A stretch of 64,000 nucleotides of DNA from Squalus acanthias (taxonomy: Eukaryota). Location of the stretch: assembly GCA_030390025.1 (NCBI GenBank), contig JASTWF010000033.1, positions 2,854,001 through 2,918,000 of the forward strand. Reading direction: 5' to 3'. Made by a program: the position numbers and the translations under genes. A model generated the notes under the pieces. That model worked only from the letters and a program-made list of their open reading frames with translations. It searched no databases and was not told the origin of the DNA. This document shows, piece by piece, positions 10,241 through 23,800 of this stretch (the stretch's first letter is position 1; each line of letters starts with the position of its first letter).

Positions 10241-12595
10241 CGGTAATAATTTAGGGATTAGCTCTTTGTCTGATGGCGATCCCTGGACATGTGATTTATT
10301 TGCACTCTGCAACTGGAAGTGAGAAAATAAGTGTAAGGACTCCTGACAGTGAGTTCTTTGCAGGGGTTCTGTGGAATAGTTAGTATTTGCGAATGGGTTC
10401 CGAGGAATTGTGCCATAACTCCAGTAAGTTCCATGCAATTGTACATGTTTATTCAGGTACCAATGATTACATCACCATCTACAGGGTTGGGGCTCTTGGG
10501 ATCTTGTTATACCGGTTCCTGGAGGTTTATCAATATCCCACCAGTGTGAGTTGTCCTCTATGCTGTCAATTTCAATATCTATTCTCGAGTTGTCTTCCTC
10601 CAAAACATAAAAATGCTTTAGGGAGGAGTTCAGTCGCATCATGAGCTCACTATACCTTTAGACAACAGGGACATGTAGTATCCCAATTGTGCCACATAAT
10701 TGTGTAGCTCATACTTAAAAACGTGTTGGTTGATGGGACAGTTCCTGTTAGACCCATAAAGCATGGTAATTGCGGTAGTGGTGACACAGGAGGCACCACC
10801 AAAATCACCTCATACTGGATTCGTACTGGTTTTCCCCACGCTCTGTTACCTACAAAACACAATTATTGCAGTCACAGTTAAATTCAGTCTTACAATCATT
10901 TCAAGCGACATTACAATTTAACATCTAGTCAACAAATTATGGACTTAAAAAATTCTCCAGATCTCTCTTTTACTCATATCCATCTTGTGGATAATTCTTA
11001 CTAAACATAATTTCTCCTTAGCCCTCAATTGTCCCAATCCAGATTCCATGTAACTCTCCACTTCAACTTCAATTTCAATCCCTCTAACAGGTACCAGTGT
11101 GTTCAACTCTATTCACTAAGAAGTTTGGAAAATTCTCAATTGGTGGTGTAATTCTCCTGTTTCTATCTCACCCTCAATCACTTCCTTTCTCCATTTTACA
11201 CATCCTATTAATTACCATTCATATCTCATTCATGAGCCCTGGAGGAACTTTACTGCCCAGTACAATATTTAAGATTGAAAACATAGATCAAACATTCTCA
11301 CTTGGTCCAAGTTATTAACACTTTTTATTTATCATTATTTTAGAGGATCTTTTATTTTCCCAAAAGTAACCCAATATATAGTGCCTGAGTCCAATTTGTC
11401 ATTTCAAAATTATCCCGAAATCCAAACAGCAGTACTGTTGAACTGACAGGTTTTGTCAATAATCAATTTCATTTCTATAACTTAAACAGCTGTCCGTGGA
11501 AAGGGTTAACTCCTTTGCAGGTTTTTTTTTTAAGAAGGTGGAGCGAAACATTGTCAGACGCACGCAATTGCGTCATTTCACGTAACTGAACATGAACAGA
11601 TAAAACAAAACAAACAAGTACATGCTTGTAGAAAGCCATAAATTACATCATATTTCTTATTGTCCTTTCTTCAGATGCCTTTCCAAAATACTGCAAAAAC
11701 ATTGAATATAACTGGAGAAAAAATAGTTTTTCACATTTAAGCAAATCAAATCAAACTGCTTTGGAAGATTTCACAATAGCAACCGCGACTTCAAGGTTAA
11801 ATCTTAGACCGAAACTTAATCTTTTGTTAAACAAACTTTTTGTTCTTCTCAGTTTTACACAGCAGCTTAACTTAAATTGTAGTTCAAAGTTTTTTTTTCA
11901 ATTCTTGTGGCACAATCTATAGCAGCCAAACACCTCTTTAACTAACTGTTGAATCGGCTCTGCTTTCCCTGCAAAGTCTGATATAAAATTCCTGTCTATC
12001 CCTGACAGTAAAGGCGAATTTCCCCTGTGATTCCTCTGCCAATGGTATGGACCAGAACCCGTTCTATATCCAAGACTGTAAATATTTTAAAGTCTGGTTT
12101 CAGACCATTAAATATGTTATTCAATGTGGTCTACACAAATTTACACCAACCAGAATTTCACCGTGCACAATAAAAGTCTGGTTTTAATAGGTTAATTAAC
12201 CTCAATAACTCCAATTCAATCTCGATCAGTTTTTTTTTAAACAAACCAGTAGCGCTTGAAAAAACCACACTAACAAAGAAACAATAACCCATGCCTTGTA
12301 AACATTCAAATTCATTTTGTTCCAGGCACATTGGCAACTGTGACTTCAAGGCTGAAGCTTATCTTTTGTAAAACAATTAACAAACTTAAAACAACACACG
12401 CTTGTCCGTCATTCAAAACAAGTCTTCAAAGGGTTAAACAGCTTTTAGCTCTCTGTACAAAAGAGTGGGTGGAGCTAAAACATAAATGACAGACACTTTT
12501 TTAAAGACAGACTTTCAGACAAAAGAAATACTGCAACTCCTTAAACATTCACAGTCAGGAAAACTTTCACCCAAACTTAGATCCCAGCATTCCTT

Positions 12596-12885
12596 TTAAG
12601 ATTCCTTTACCCTAGATTCTAATTTCTTAATGTTGTGCTTGTCTTCGTTCCACTTTTTAGTGGAAGCGGCTACTTGTCCCATTAGTCCAGCTAATTGATG
12701 TAATAATAATACCCCTGCCTTTTTTGTTTTGTCTTTCTTTTCCCCATCTACCCACTTTCTCTGTTGTTCTAAGGTCTGGGAAACATCCCAGCCATCCTTT
12801 TGCATCTTCTTAATCAACGAGTGTCTGTCTTTCATATATTTATCAATAAGGGAATCCGCAGGTCCCCACTTAGTTTCCCCATCTG
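12596..12885 (-). pseudogene. gag: Truncated gag N-terminus of ERV-B
   Basis: DGETKWGPADSLIDKYMKDRHSLIKKMQKDGWD..QRKWVDGEKKDKTKKAGVLLLHQLAGL aligns by eye to ERV-A GKEIEWGPMGSL..DRKFLVDKMTKEGWD..QREWWEGQKQKKTKKAGLILGNQLVAL. Confidence 0.85.
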
Positions 12886-13412
12886 TCAGGCTTTTAAGCC
12901 CCCTCGTTGGGGTTTCTGTTTATGCTCACGGCCACGATTACCGTCTCAGCAACTTGTTTCCTCCACCGGAGTCCGGCTCTAGATCAGGGTGATCAGCTCC
13001 TTACCGCACCGCTTAAAACTACAGACAGTACACACTCGCGAATTCTTATACTTTATGTACCTCTCCGTTTGTTCGCCACTACAGAGTTTGATGCCGAATG
13101 GTCCTTACTACTTGTGCTTCACCATCCTAAGTTCCTTGGTGCCTCTACGCCCACTTTATGGTCCTGACCATCGCGTGGGGGATTTCCCCTCTTAACAACT
13201 GGTCTAAGGCTGCGCGTTTGAGACAGGCACTTCCTTGTCCTTAGTCGATCAGCACAAGCAATCAATTCCCGTTTCTATCCGATAGTCCCATAAATTCCCC
13301 TAATTTTTACCCGTTTTTAACTGCATTGTTGGCTCAGTCTGACTTCCGCAGTTCAATAGTCTCTACTCCAGTTCGCCGATCGAGGCCAACCGATCAACTC
13401 ACCAGTAGTGAG

Positions 13413-13430
13413 ACCCTGCTCGCAGCGCCA
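13413..13430 (-). promoter_or_regulatory. Primer-binding site, tRNA-Ser (TGA/CGA type)
   Basis: accctgctcgcagcgcca versus tRNA-Ser 3' end ACCCTGCTCGCTGCGCCA (17/18). Confidence 0.85.
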
Positions 13431-13433
13431 ATT

Positions 13434-14120
13434 TGTTGTGGGAAATCACCACTCGGAGTCAGACTTAAAGATTCAACATGCAGTTTATTGAACAAAGCTT
13501 TGGGAGAAGTGCTTGGCACTCCGCAGTGCACGCAGTCACCTTCTCAATTTTAAAATGGCTGTTGTGCTTCTTTTTATACATTCCACAAGCACAGCAGTCT
13601 TGGTTAGTTCCACTTTAGCCAATTATTCCCCCCTAGCAACAATGACCTCCAATTACATTCCTTTAAGAACAACCGTTATCTGGACCTTGGTGGTCTGGCT
13701 TTTGTCTGTTCTATAGTTTCATGCAATGACAGGATGTAGCTCAAGGTTAGTCAGCACATTTTAATGTCTTTTCACAGAGTCCATTTTGTTTAACAGAGAC
13801 CCTTTGTTCCACAGAGTCCATTTTGTTCCAGAGAGTCCATTTTGTTCAACAGAGTCCCTTTGTTCCACAGAGTCCACTTTGTTTAACAGAGACCCTTTGT
13901 TCCACAGAGTCCATTTTGTTCCACAGAGTCTATTTTGTTTCACAGAGTCCCTTTGTTCCACAGAGTCCATTTTGTTTCACAGAGTCCATTTTGTTCCACA
14001 GAGTCCATTTTGTTCCACAGAGTCCATTTTGTTCCACAGAGTCCATTTTGTTCCACAGAGTCCATTTTATTCCACAGAGTCCATTTTGTTTCAGGTAACC
14101 ATCTCACTTTTACTCCAACA
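13434..14120 (-). repeat. 5' LTR of ERV-B
   Basis: TGTTG...ttttactccaaca termini (same outer end as the ERV-A LTR); AATAAA at 13484-13489 and TATAAA at 13573-13578 on minus; abuts a CR1 at 14121. Confidence 0.82.
13772..14092. repeat. 18-19-bp minisatellite (cacagagtccattttgttc)n within the LTR U3
   Basis: About 17 directly visible tandem units. Confidence 0.95.
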
Positions 14121-15235
14121 TTGGCCAGTGGTGGGAAGTGGTGTTTCACAAGGATCGGTGCTGGCAACACTTTTGTTCACCATTTACTTCAACAATTAGG
14201 ACTCAGGAATCGGAAGTGCAATTTCAAACATTGTGGATGCCACCCAAATGGGGGTTTAGACTTAATATAGAGGAGGACTGCGACAAAATACAGGAGGACG
14301 TTAATAAACTTGCAGAATGGATGTGTAACTGGCAAATTAACCTCAATATAGAGAAATGCGAGGTAGTGCATTTTAATAGGAAGAATACGGAGGTCACAGA
14401 CTCCTTGGAGAATAAGTTCTAAACGGGGTTGAGGGACAGAGGGATGTGATGATACAGTTACATAAACCACTAAAAGTTGCAATGCAGGTTGATAAGGCCA
14501 TAAAAAAAAAAGCACTGGGGTTCATTTCTAGAGGGATAGAATTGTAAAGAATAGAAGTTATGCTAAACTTGTATGGAACCTTGGTTAGACCAAACTTGGT
14601 GTACTGCGAACATGGTCTCCATCTTATAAAAAGGACATAGAGGGACTGGTGAAGGTACAAACAGTATTAACTAGAATGATACCAGAACTGAGAGGTTATA
14701 CCTGTCAGGAAAGACTGAACAAGCTGGGGCTCTTTTCTTTAAGTAAGTGAAGACCGAGGGATGATCAGATAGAGTTCGTTTAGAATATGAAAGGGTTTCA
14801 TAGGGTAGATTAGAGAAGGTGTTTCCACTTTCAGGAGAGACTAGAACTCGGGGCCATAGATTTAAGATAGTCATTAATAAATCTAATAGGGAATTCAGGA
14901 GAAACCTTTTTACCAAATGAGTGGTCAGAATGTGGAACTCGCTACCACAAGGAGCAGTTGATGCGAATAGCACAGACACATTTAAAGGGGGAAAGGAATA
15001 GAATGATATTTTTACTGGGTTAGATGAAGGAGGGTGGGTGGAGGGTCGTGTGGAGCATGGACACCAACATGGACATTTTGAGTCGAATGGCCTGTCTCTG
15101 TCCTGTAAATACTTCATAAATTGTATTAAACATGTATAGGACCCGGGTCACGTCACAATTAGAGAACTGTGCAGAGTTATTGTCTCCATAATATAAAAAG
15201 GACATAGAAGAACTGGAGAAAGTGCAAAAAATACT
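14121..15235 (+). mobile_element. Old decayed CR1 RT/3' fragments
   Basis: SGVSQGSVL..LFTIYFN; DCDKIQEDVNKLAEW..KCEVVHF. Confidence 0.8.
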
Positions 15236-16030
15236 TGCAACAACAACGACAACTTGTATTTATATAGCGCCTTTAACATAGTAAAATGACCCAAGCGATT
15301 CACGGGAGCGATATTGAACAAAACCTGACCCTGAGCCACATAAGGAGATATTAGGAAAGATGACCAAAATCTTAGTCAAAGAGGTAAGTTTTAAGCAGCA
15401 TCTTAAAGGAGGAGGGAGATTTAGAGAAGCAGAGAGGTTTAGGGAGGGGATTCCTGAGCTTAGGGCCCAGGCAGCTTAAAGCACAGCCGCCAAAGGTGGA
15501 GCGGTTACAATCGGGGATATGAAAGAGGCCAGAATTAGAGGAACACAGAGATCTCGGGAGTGTTGAGGGGCTAGTGGAGCTTGCAGAGGTAGGGAGGGCG
15601 TGGCCATGTAGGGATTTGAAAGCAAGGATGATAATTTTAAAATGGAGGCATTGCCGGAACGGGAGTCACTGTAGGTCAGCGAGCACAGGGGTGGTGGTTT
15701 ACCGGGATTTGGTGTGGTTTAGGTTACGGGCAGCAGAGCTTTGGATGAGCTCAAGTTATGGAGGGTGGGAGATGGGAAGCCAGCCAGGAGAGAGTTGGTG
15801 TTATCAAGTCTAGAGCTAGCAAAGGCATGGATGATGGTTTGAGCAGCAGATGAGCTGAGGCAGGGGCGAATTTCGGCGATGTTACCGAGGTGGAAGTAAG
15901 GCGTCCTGGTGATGGAGTGAATATCCGGTCGGAAGATCATCCCGTGGTCAAATACGACACCAAGGTTGCAAACAGCATTTTTTGGTGCTAAGGAGAGGGA
16001 TGGAGTCGGTGTTTAGGCAACGGAGTTCGT
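15236..16030 (-). mobile_element. L2-clade LINE 3' fragment nested in CR1 sequence
   Basis: PYFHLGNIAEIRPCLSSSAAQTIIHAFASSRLD is an L2-type post-RT motif; 3' tail aggcgctatataaatacaagttgtcgttgttg. Confidence 0.8.
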
Positions 16031-16344
16031 GAAGTGGGCCAATAGCTTCGTTCTTACAAATAATTAGGTGGATGGCACCAGAACTGAAAGATAGCAGCTA
16101 TCGTGAAAGATTGAACAGGTTGGGCCTTTCTGCTATAGAAGAGAAAGGACTTTGCTGAGGCCTGATATAGATCTTGAAAATTATGAATGGGTTGGACAGG
16201 GTAGATGTGGAGAGAATGTTTACACTTGTGGGAGAATGCAACACTTGGGGGTCATAAATACAAGATAGTTACTAATAAATTCAATTGGGAAATAAGGAGC
16301 AATTTCTGTACTCAGCGTGGCTAGAATGTGGACCTCACTACATT

Positions 16345-17795
16345 CGATGGAATCTGGAACTGTACCCATGGATTGGAGGGTAGCTAATGCAGCCCCACTA
16401 TTCAAAAATGGTGATAGAGAGAAAGCGGGGAATTACAGACCGGTAAGCCTGACATCGGTATTAGGGAAAATGCTAGAGTCCATTATAAAGGATGTAATAG
16501 CTGAGCACTTGAAAAACAGTGACAGGATCGGACAAAGTCAACATGGATTTACAAAAGTTAAATCCCGCTTGACTAATCTACTGGGATTTTTTGAGGATGT
16601 AACTGGGAAAATAGATAGCGGAGAACCAGTAGAGGTGGTTTATTTGGACTTTCAAAAGCCTTTCGATAAGGTCCCGCATAAGAGATTAGCGTGTAAAGTT
16701 AAGGCACATGGGATTCGGGGCAAGGTATTGACTTGGATAGAGAACTGGTTGGCGGACAGAAAGCAGAGAGTAGGAATTAATGGGTCTTTTTTCCGAGTGG
16801 CAAGCAGTGACTAGTGGGGTACCGCAGGGATCGGTCCTTGGACCCCAGCTATTCATAATATACATTAATGATCTAGATAAGGGAACTAAATGTAATATGT
16901 CCAAGTTTGCAGATGACAAAAAGCTGGGTGGGAGCGTGTGCTGCGAGGAGGATACCGAGAAACTCCAGGATGATTTGGACAGGTTGGGTGAGTGGGCAGA
17001 AGCGTGGCAGATGCAATATAACGTGGATAAGTGCGAGGTTATCCACTTTGGTGTCAAAAACAGAAAGGCAGACTATTATCTGAATGGCAATAGATTGGGA
17101 GAAGGGGAAGTGCAACGAGACCTGGGTGTCCTTGTGCACCAGTCGCTGAAAGTAGGCATGCAGGTGCAGCAGGCGGTGAAGAAGGCAAATGGTATGTTGG
17201 CCTTCATAGCGAAAGGGTTTGAGTATAGGAACAGGGATGTCCTGCTGCAGTTGTACAGGGCCTTGGTGAGACCACACCTTGAGTACTGTGTGCAGTTTTG
17301 ATCTCCTTATCTGAGGAAGGATGTTGTTGCCATGGAAGAAGATTCACAAGGCTGAGACCTGGGATGGCAGGAATGACATATGAGGAGAGATTGGGTCGAT
17401 TGGGCTTATACTCGCTGGAGTATAGAAGAATGAGAGGGGATCTCATCGAAACATATAAAATTCTGACAGGTCTGGACAAACTAGATGCAGGAAGAATGTT
17501 CTCGATGGTCGGAGAGTCCAGAACCAGGGGTCATAATCTAAGGATAACGGGTAAGCCATTTAGGACAGAAATGAGGAGGAATTTCTTCACCCAGAGAGTG
17601 GTGAACCTGTGGAATTCTCTACCACAGAAGGTAGTTGAGGCCAAGTCATTAAATATATTCAAGAATGAGTTAGATATATTTCTTAAAGCTAAAGGTATCA
17701 AGGGATATGGGGAGAAGGCAGCCATGATCTCATCGAATGGCGGAGCAGGCTCGAGAGGCCGAATGGCCTACTCCTGCTCCTATCTTCTATGTTAC
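16345..17795 (+). mobile_element. 5'-truncated CR1 LINE (RT plus 3' end)
   Basis: NYRPVSLTS, YLDFQK.FDKVPH, SGVPQGSVLGP, KFADD, RRNFFTQRVV; 3' UTR ggcctactcctgctcctat. Confidence 0.93.
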
Positions 17796-18258
17796 TACCA
17801 CAGGAAGTGCTTGAGGAAAATAGTTTAGATTATTTCAGAATGAAACTAAACCAGTAAATGCAAGAAAGGGGAATAGAAAGATATTCTGAGAGACTGGGAT
17901 GAGGTAGATGCAATGAGAGGAGACTGATGTGGAGGATAAACAAAAGCACAGACTGATTGGACCGAATGGCCTGTTTGTGTGCTGTATATTCCAGGTAATA
18001 TAATCCTCTGAACTGCAGCTCAGCTCTGTCTGCCTACCTATTGACCAGGCTCTTACTCTGGAAGCAGCGAATGAATTGCTGCCCTCAATCGCTGAAGGGA
18101 CACTTTACAGAAGAGCTCAGAGTGAAAGCAGCAAACTACTGGTCCTGTCCCGAAAGACAATGTGGGATATGTCAGTCAGAAACAGCGCAGAGTCCTAAAC
18201 ACAGTGCTCGCCCCGCCGCTGGCTGTATCTTCAGATCTCCAGCGATTGCTGGTGTAAT

Positions 18259-19244
18259 TCAGTGGATGGCAGTCTGGGGCTGAATCTTACATTCCTGGGC
18301 TGGAAACACTGGGAGCCGCCTCTGGGCTGAGCTCAGTTGTTCCTGATTATTAATGAATTGAATAATTGAGGTAAGCGGATATTTCACCGCCCTCTTCACC
18401 TGCTCTCTGAACTTGGACTGGGTCACCCCATAAATAAATGTGTTTGTGCAGCAACTTAAATCCCGCAGCATAAATCCGAATTTTCCAAAGATATATAAAG
18501 AACCAGTGTAATAATTGGGATCTGTTCCTGTAATACTATAATATAAGAAATGTATAACATTCACCAGCCACAGCAGTATGAAGCTGCCGGATAAGGTGAA
18601 GAGTAAAATCACAGACTTCCTTCTGCTCTCCATCTCTGGGTCTCTACCATTCTCTCCCTTGCTCTCACCCCTCAATGCCTTACGGACCCGACTGGCCACT
18701 AAAATGTGTTTAACTGTCAGAGCGTTGAGCAACAGAATTAAACCGAATGGGAGCAATGGGGTTAAAACCGTGTCAAACCAATCAAATCCCACCCACCCGG
18801 GGTCAGTATAATAGCTCGGGATTGTGACACAGAACCACGGCACATTGTCGATTATCACCCAGGGTTGAAATGTAAAGTAGATGGGAACGTTTTTTAAACA
18901 GAGCAGAATGCCGGTTGTTGCCAGAACCACAGCCGCAGTTTTCCCGGTGCAATATTTAGTTTTCAGCTTTTGGCAACAAATGGCCACAAATCGATCAAAG
19001 GTGAAAGTGACGGTGAAACAGACAGAACAGCCTGTTGCTGCAGCGGCCAGGACAAAGATAACTCTACACACAGGGGTGATGTCCAGGAAAGACCATGGGA
19101 AATAATACCATCTGATGTGCCTCAGTATGACATCAGTGACAATGGTCAGGAAATCCGGCGCTGCCATGGCCACCAGGTAGCGAGTGGTGCAGGTGGAGAG
19201 CCCGCACTTTCCCCGGGACAGGATCACAATCGCCAGCAAATTCA
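18259..19244 (-). CDS. GPR139/GPR142-like rhodopsin-class GPCR, exon 2 (TM1 end to C-terminus), intact
   Basis: Successive hydrophobic TM segments; DRF in FTFDRFVAICC; NTFIY (NPxxY-like); acceptor cttttcccttctgtggtttacag at 19245-19246, phase 1. Confidence 0.92.
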
Positions 19245-19639
19245 CTGTAAACCACAGAAGGGAAAAGAGACTGGAAATTACTGATCACACATTCTCTGTG
19301 TCTGAGCCCAGACAGTAAGGGCTGGATTTTAACACCCCAAAAACCGGCGGGTTGGGGTCGGGTCAGAGGTGAAAATTGAACATTATCCTCCCGACCCCAA
19401 CCCGCCTCCAACCCGCCCGCTTCTGAGTTTAATGGAGACGGGACAGGGGAGCGGGCAGCGAACCGCTCCCAGGAGGCGGGTTGGCAAGTTAAATATTTTA
19501 ATGAGGCGGGCAGGCTCTGATTTAACTTGTTTTACTGGTTTAACTACGGCTGGCCGGGCTTCCTGGGCCTCCGGAATGATTTCGCCCCCCACCCCTCAAG
19601 CTCTACCCTTCGCCCGAAACCCCCCATGGATGGAAACCT

Positions 19640-20862
19640 GGGGTCCAGTGGATGTGGTGTATTTGGAATTTCAAAAGGCTTTTGATAAGGTCCCGCATAA
19701 GAGATTAGCGTGTAAAGTTAAGGCACGTGGGATTGGGGGCAAGGTATTTTCTTGGATAGAGAACTGGTTGGGGGACAGAAAGCAGAGAGTAGGAATTAAT
19801 GGGTCTTTTTTCCAAGTGGCAGGCAGTGACTAGTGGGGTGCCACAGGGATCGGTCCTTGGACCCCAGCTATTCACAATATACATTAATGATCTGGATAAC
19901 GGAACTAAATATAATATCTCCAAGTTTGCAGATGACACAAAGCTGGATGGGCGTGTGTGCTCCGAGGAGGATACTGAGAAACTCCAGGATGATTTGGATA
20001 GGTTGGGTGAGTGGGCAGAAGCGTGGAAGATGCAATATAACGTGGATAAATGCGAGGTTATCCACTTTGGTGTCAAAAACAGAAAGGCAGACTATTATCT
20101 GAATGGCAATAGATTGGAAGAAGGGGAAGTGCAACGAGGCCTGGGTGTCCTTGTGCACCAGTCGCTGAAAGTAAGCATGCAGGTGCAGCAGGCGGTGAAG
20201 AAGGCAGATGGTATGTTGGCCTTCATAGCGAAAGGGTTTGGGTATAGGAACAAGGATGTCCTGCTGCAGTTGTACAGGGCCTTGGTGAGACAACTAATTG
20301 AGTACTGTGTGCAGTTTGGTCGTCTTATCTAAGGAAGGATGTTATTGCCATGGAAGGAGTTCAGCGAAGACTCACAAGGCTGATACCTGGGATGGCAGGA
20401 ATGACATATGAGGAGAGATTGGGTCGATTGGGCTTATACTCGCTGGAGTATAGAAGAATGAGAGGGGATCTCATCGAAACATATAAAATTCTGATAGGTC
20501 TGGTCAAACTAGATGCAGGAAGAATGTTGCCGATGGTCGGAGAGTCCAGAACCAGGATTCATAATCTAAGGATAACGGGTAAGCCATTTAGGACAGAAAT
20601 GAGGAAGAATTTCTTCACCCAGAGAGGGGTGAACCTGTGGAATTCTTTACCACAGAAGGTAGTTGAGGCCAAGTCATTAAATATATTCAAGAATGAGTTA
20701 GGTATATTTCTTAAAGCTAAAGGTATCAAAGGATATGGGGAGAAGGCAGGTACAGGGTACTGAGCTTGGATGATCAGCCATGATCTCATCGAATGGCGGA
20801 GCAGGCTCGAGGGGCCGAATGGCCTACTCCTGCTCCTATCTTCTATGTTTCTATGTTTCTGT
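19640..20862 (+). mobile_element. 5'-truncated CR1 LINE
   Basis: RT motifs PQGSVLGP and KFADD; ORF2 end GYGEKAGTGY*; (ttctatgt)n tail. Confidence 0.93.
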
Positions 20863-20899
20863 GTCCGGATCAGACGTCTCCAAGACTGGGGATTGGACA

Positions 20900-23800
20900 C
20901 GAGACCGGTCAAACCCCCGGGACCGGTCAAACCCCCGGGACTGATCAAACCCCCGGGTGCGGCCACACAGCCCAGGACCGGTCAAAGACCCGGAACTGGA
21001 CAACCACCGGGGACCGGTCAAACCCCCTGGAGCGGTCAAACCCCCGGGACAGGTCACACCCTCAGGACTGGTCAATCTTCTGGGGCCGGTCAAACCCGTG
21101 GACTGGTCAAAACCCCGGGACTGGTCTAACCCCCAGGACGGGCCAAACCCCCGGAACCGGTCAAACCCCTGGGACTGTTCAAACCCCCGGGACTGTACAA
21201 ATCCCCAGGACTGGTCAATCCCCTGGGACCGGTCAAACCCAACAGGACCCGTCAAACCCCCGGGACTGGTCAAACCCCCGGGCTGGTCAAACCCCCGGGG
21301 CTGGTCACACGCCCCGGACTGGTCAAACCTCCGGGACTGGTCAAACCCCCGGGACAGGTCACAACCCCGGGACCGGTCAAACCCCGGGACTGGTCAAACC
21401 TCCGGGACCGGTTCAAACCCCCGGATTGGTAAAACCCCCGGGACCAGTCAAAACCCCCGGGACCGGTCAAACACCCGGGACTGGTCAAACCCCCCGGGAC
21501 TGGTCAAAACCCCGGGACCAGTCAAAACCCGGGACCGGTCAAACTCCCGGGACCGGTGAAACCCCGGGACTGTTCAAACCCCCGGGACTGTACAAATCCC
21601 CAGGACTGGTCAATCCCCTGGGACCGGTCAAACCCACCAGGACCCGTCAAACCCCCGGGACTGGTCAAACCCCCGGGACTGGTCAAACCCCCGGGGCTGG
21701 TCACACGCCCCGGGACTGGTCAAACCTCCGGGACTGGTCAAACCCCCGGGACCGGTCAAACCCCCGGGACCGGTCAAACCTCCGGGACTGTTCAAACCCC
21801 CGGGACTGTACAAATCCCCAGGACTGGTCAATCCCCTGGGACCGGTCAAACCCACCAGGACCCGTCAAACCCCCGGGACTGGTCAAACCCCCGGGACTGG
21901 TCAAACCCCCGGGGCTGGTCACACGCCCCGGGACTGGTCAAACCTCCGGGACTGGTCAAACCCCCGGGACCGGTCAAACACCCGGGACCGGTCAAACCTC
22001 CGGGACTGGTCAAACCCCCGGGACTGGTCAAACCTCCGGGACCGGTCAAACCCCCGGGATTGGTAAAACCCCCGGGACCAGTCAAAACCCCCGGGACCGG
22101 TCAAACACCCGGGACTGGTCAAACCCCCGGGACTGGTCAAAACCCCGGGACCAGTCAAAACCCCGGGACCGGTCAAACTCCCGGGACCGGTGAAACCCCC
22201 GGGACCGGTCAAACACCCGGAACTGGTCAAACCCCTGGGACTGGTCAATCCCCCGGGACAGGTCACAACCCCCGGGACTGGTCAAACCCCCCGGGACAGG
22301 TCAAACCCCCAGAACTGGTCAATCCCCCGGGACTGGTCAATCCCCGGGACCGGTCAAACCCCTGGGACCGGTCAAACCACCGGGACTGGTCACTCCCCCG
22401 GGATCGGTCAAATCCCCGGGACCGGTGAAACCCCCGGAACTGGTCAAACCCCCGGGACTGGTCAATCCCCCGGGACAGGTCACAACCCCTGGGACTGGTC
22501 AAACCCCCGGAACTGGTCAAACCCCCGGGACTGGTCAATCCCCCGGGACAGGTCACAACCCCTGGGACTGGTCAAACCCCCGGGACTGGTCAAACTCCCG
22601 GGAATGGTCAATCCCCCGGGAGTGGTCAAACCCCCGGGACCGGTCAAACCACCGGGACTGGTCACACACCCGGGACCGGTCAAACCCCCGGGACCGGTCA
22701 AACCACCGGGACTGGTCACACCCCCGGGACCGGTCAAAACCCCGGGACTGGTTATACCCCCGGGACCGGTCAAACCCCCGTGCCGGTCAATCCCCCGGGA
22801 CTGGTCAAAGCCCCGGGACCTGTCAAACTCCCGGGAATGGTCAAACCCCCGTGACCGGTCAAACCCCTGGGACCGATCAAACCCCCTGGACAGGTGAAAC
22901 CCCCGGGAGCGGTCAAACCCCCCGGGAGCGGTCAAACCCCCGGGACTGGTCAAACCCCCGGGATCGATCAAACACACGGGAGTGGTCAAATCCCCGGGAC
23001 CGGTCAAACCACCGGGACTGGTCACACACCCGGGACCGGTCAAACCCCCGGGACCGGTCAAACCACCGGGACTGGTCACACCCCCGGGATAAGTCAAACC
23101 CCCGGGACTGGTTATACCCCCGGGACCAGTCAAACCCCCGGGACCAGTTCAATCCCCCGGGACTGGTCAAACCCCCGGGACCTGTCAAACTCCCGGGAAT
23201 GGTCAATCCCCCGGGACTGGTCAAACCCCGGGACCTGTCAAACTCCCGGGACTGGTCAAACCCCAGGACCTGTCAAACTCCCGGGAATGGTCAAACCCCC
23301 GGGACCGGTCAAACCCCTGGGACCAATCAAACCCCCTGGACAGGTGAAACCCCCGGGAGCGGTCAAACCCCCCCGGGTCAGGTCAAACACCCCGGGACTG
23401 GTCAAACCCCCCGTGTCTGGTCAAACCCCCCGGGACTGGTCAAAACCCCCGGGTCTTGTCAAACCCCCGGGTCTGGTCAAATCCCGGGGACAAATCAAAC
23501 CCCCGGGACTGGTCAATCCCTCGGGACCGGTCAAACCCCCGGGACTGGTCAAACCCCCGGGACCGGTCAAACCCCCGGGACTGGTCAAATCCCCGGGACC
23601 GGTCACAGCCCCGGGACTGGTCAAACCCCCGGGACTGTTCAAACCCCGGTACTGGTCAAACCCCTGGGACCGGTGAAACCCCCAGGTCAGGTCGGAACCC
23701 CGGGACAGGTCAAACCCCCGGGACCGGTCACAACCCCAGGACCGGTCAAACCCCCGGGACTGGTCAAACCCCCGGGACAGGTCAAACCCCCAGGACCGGT

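Larger units (their letters stand above)
10520..14120 (-). mobile_element. Defective LTR element ERV-B, related to ERV-A; no 3' LTR seen and left boundary approximate
   Basis: LTR, tRNA-Ser PBS and a Gag N-terminus homologous to ERV-A; interior mostly closed and AT-rich. Confidence 0.72.

Noticed and set aside
10240..10520. Possible 3' LTR of ERV-B or an L1/Tx1 zinc-finger remnant
   Set aside because: No similarity to the 13434-14120 LTR and motif match too weak; left unclassified
16686..17479. Recurrent antisense ORFs (MTPKWITSHLSTLYC.. and similar)
   Set aside because: Shadow frames of CR1 ORF2, repeated at each CR1 copy
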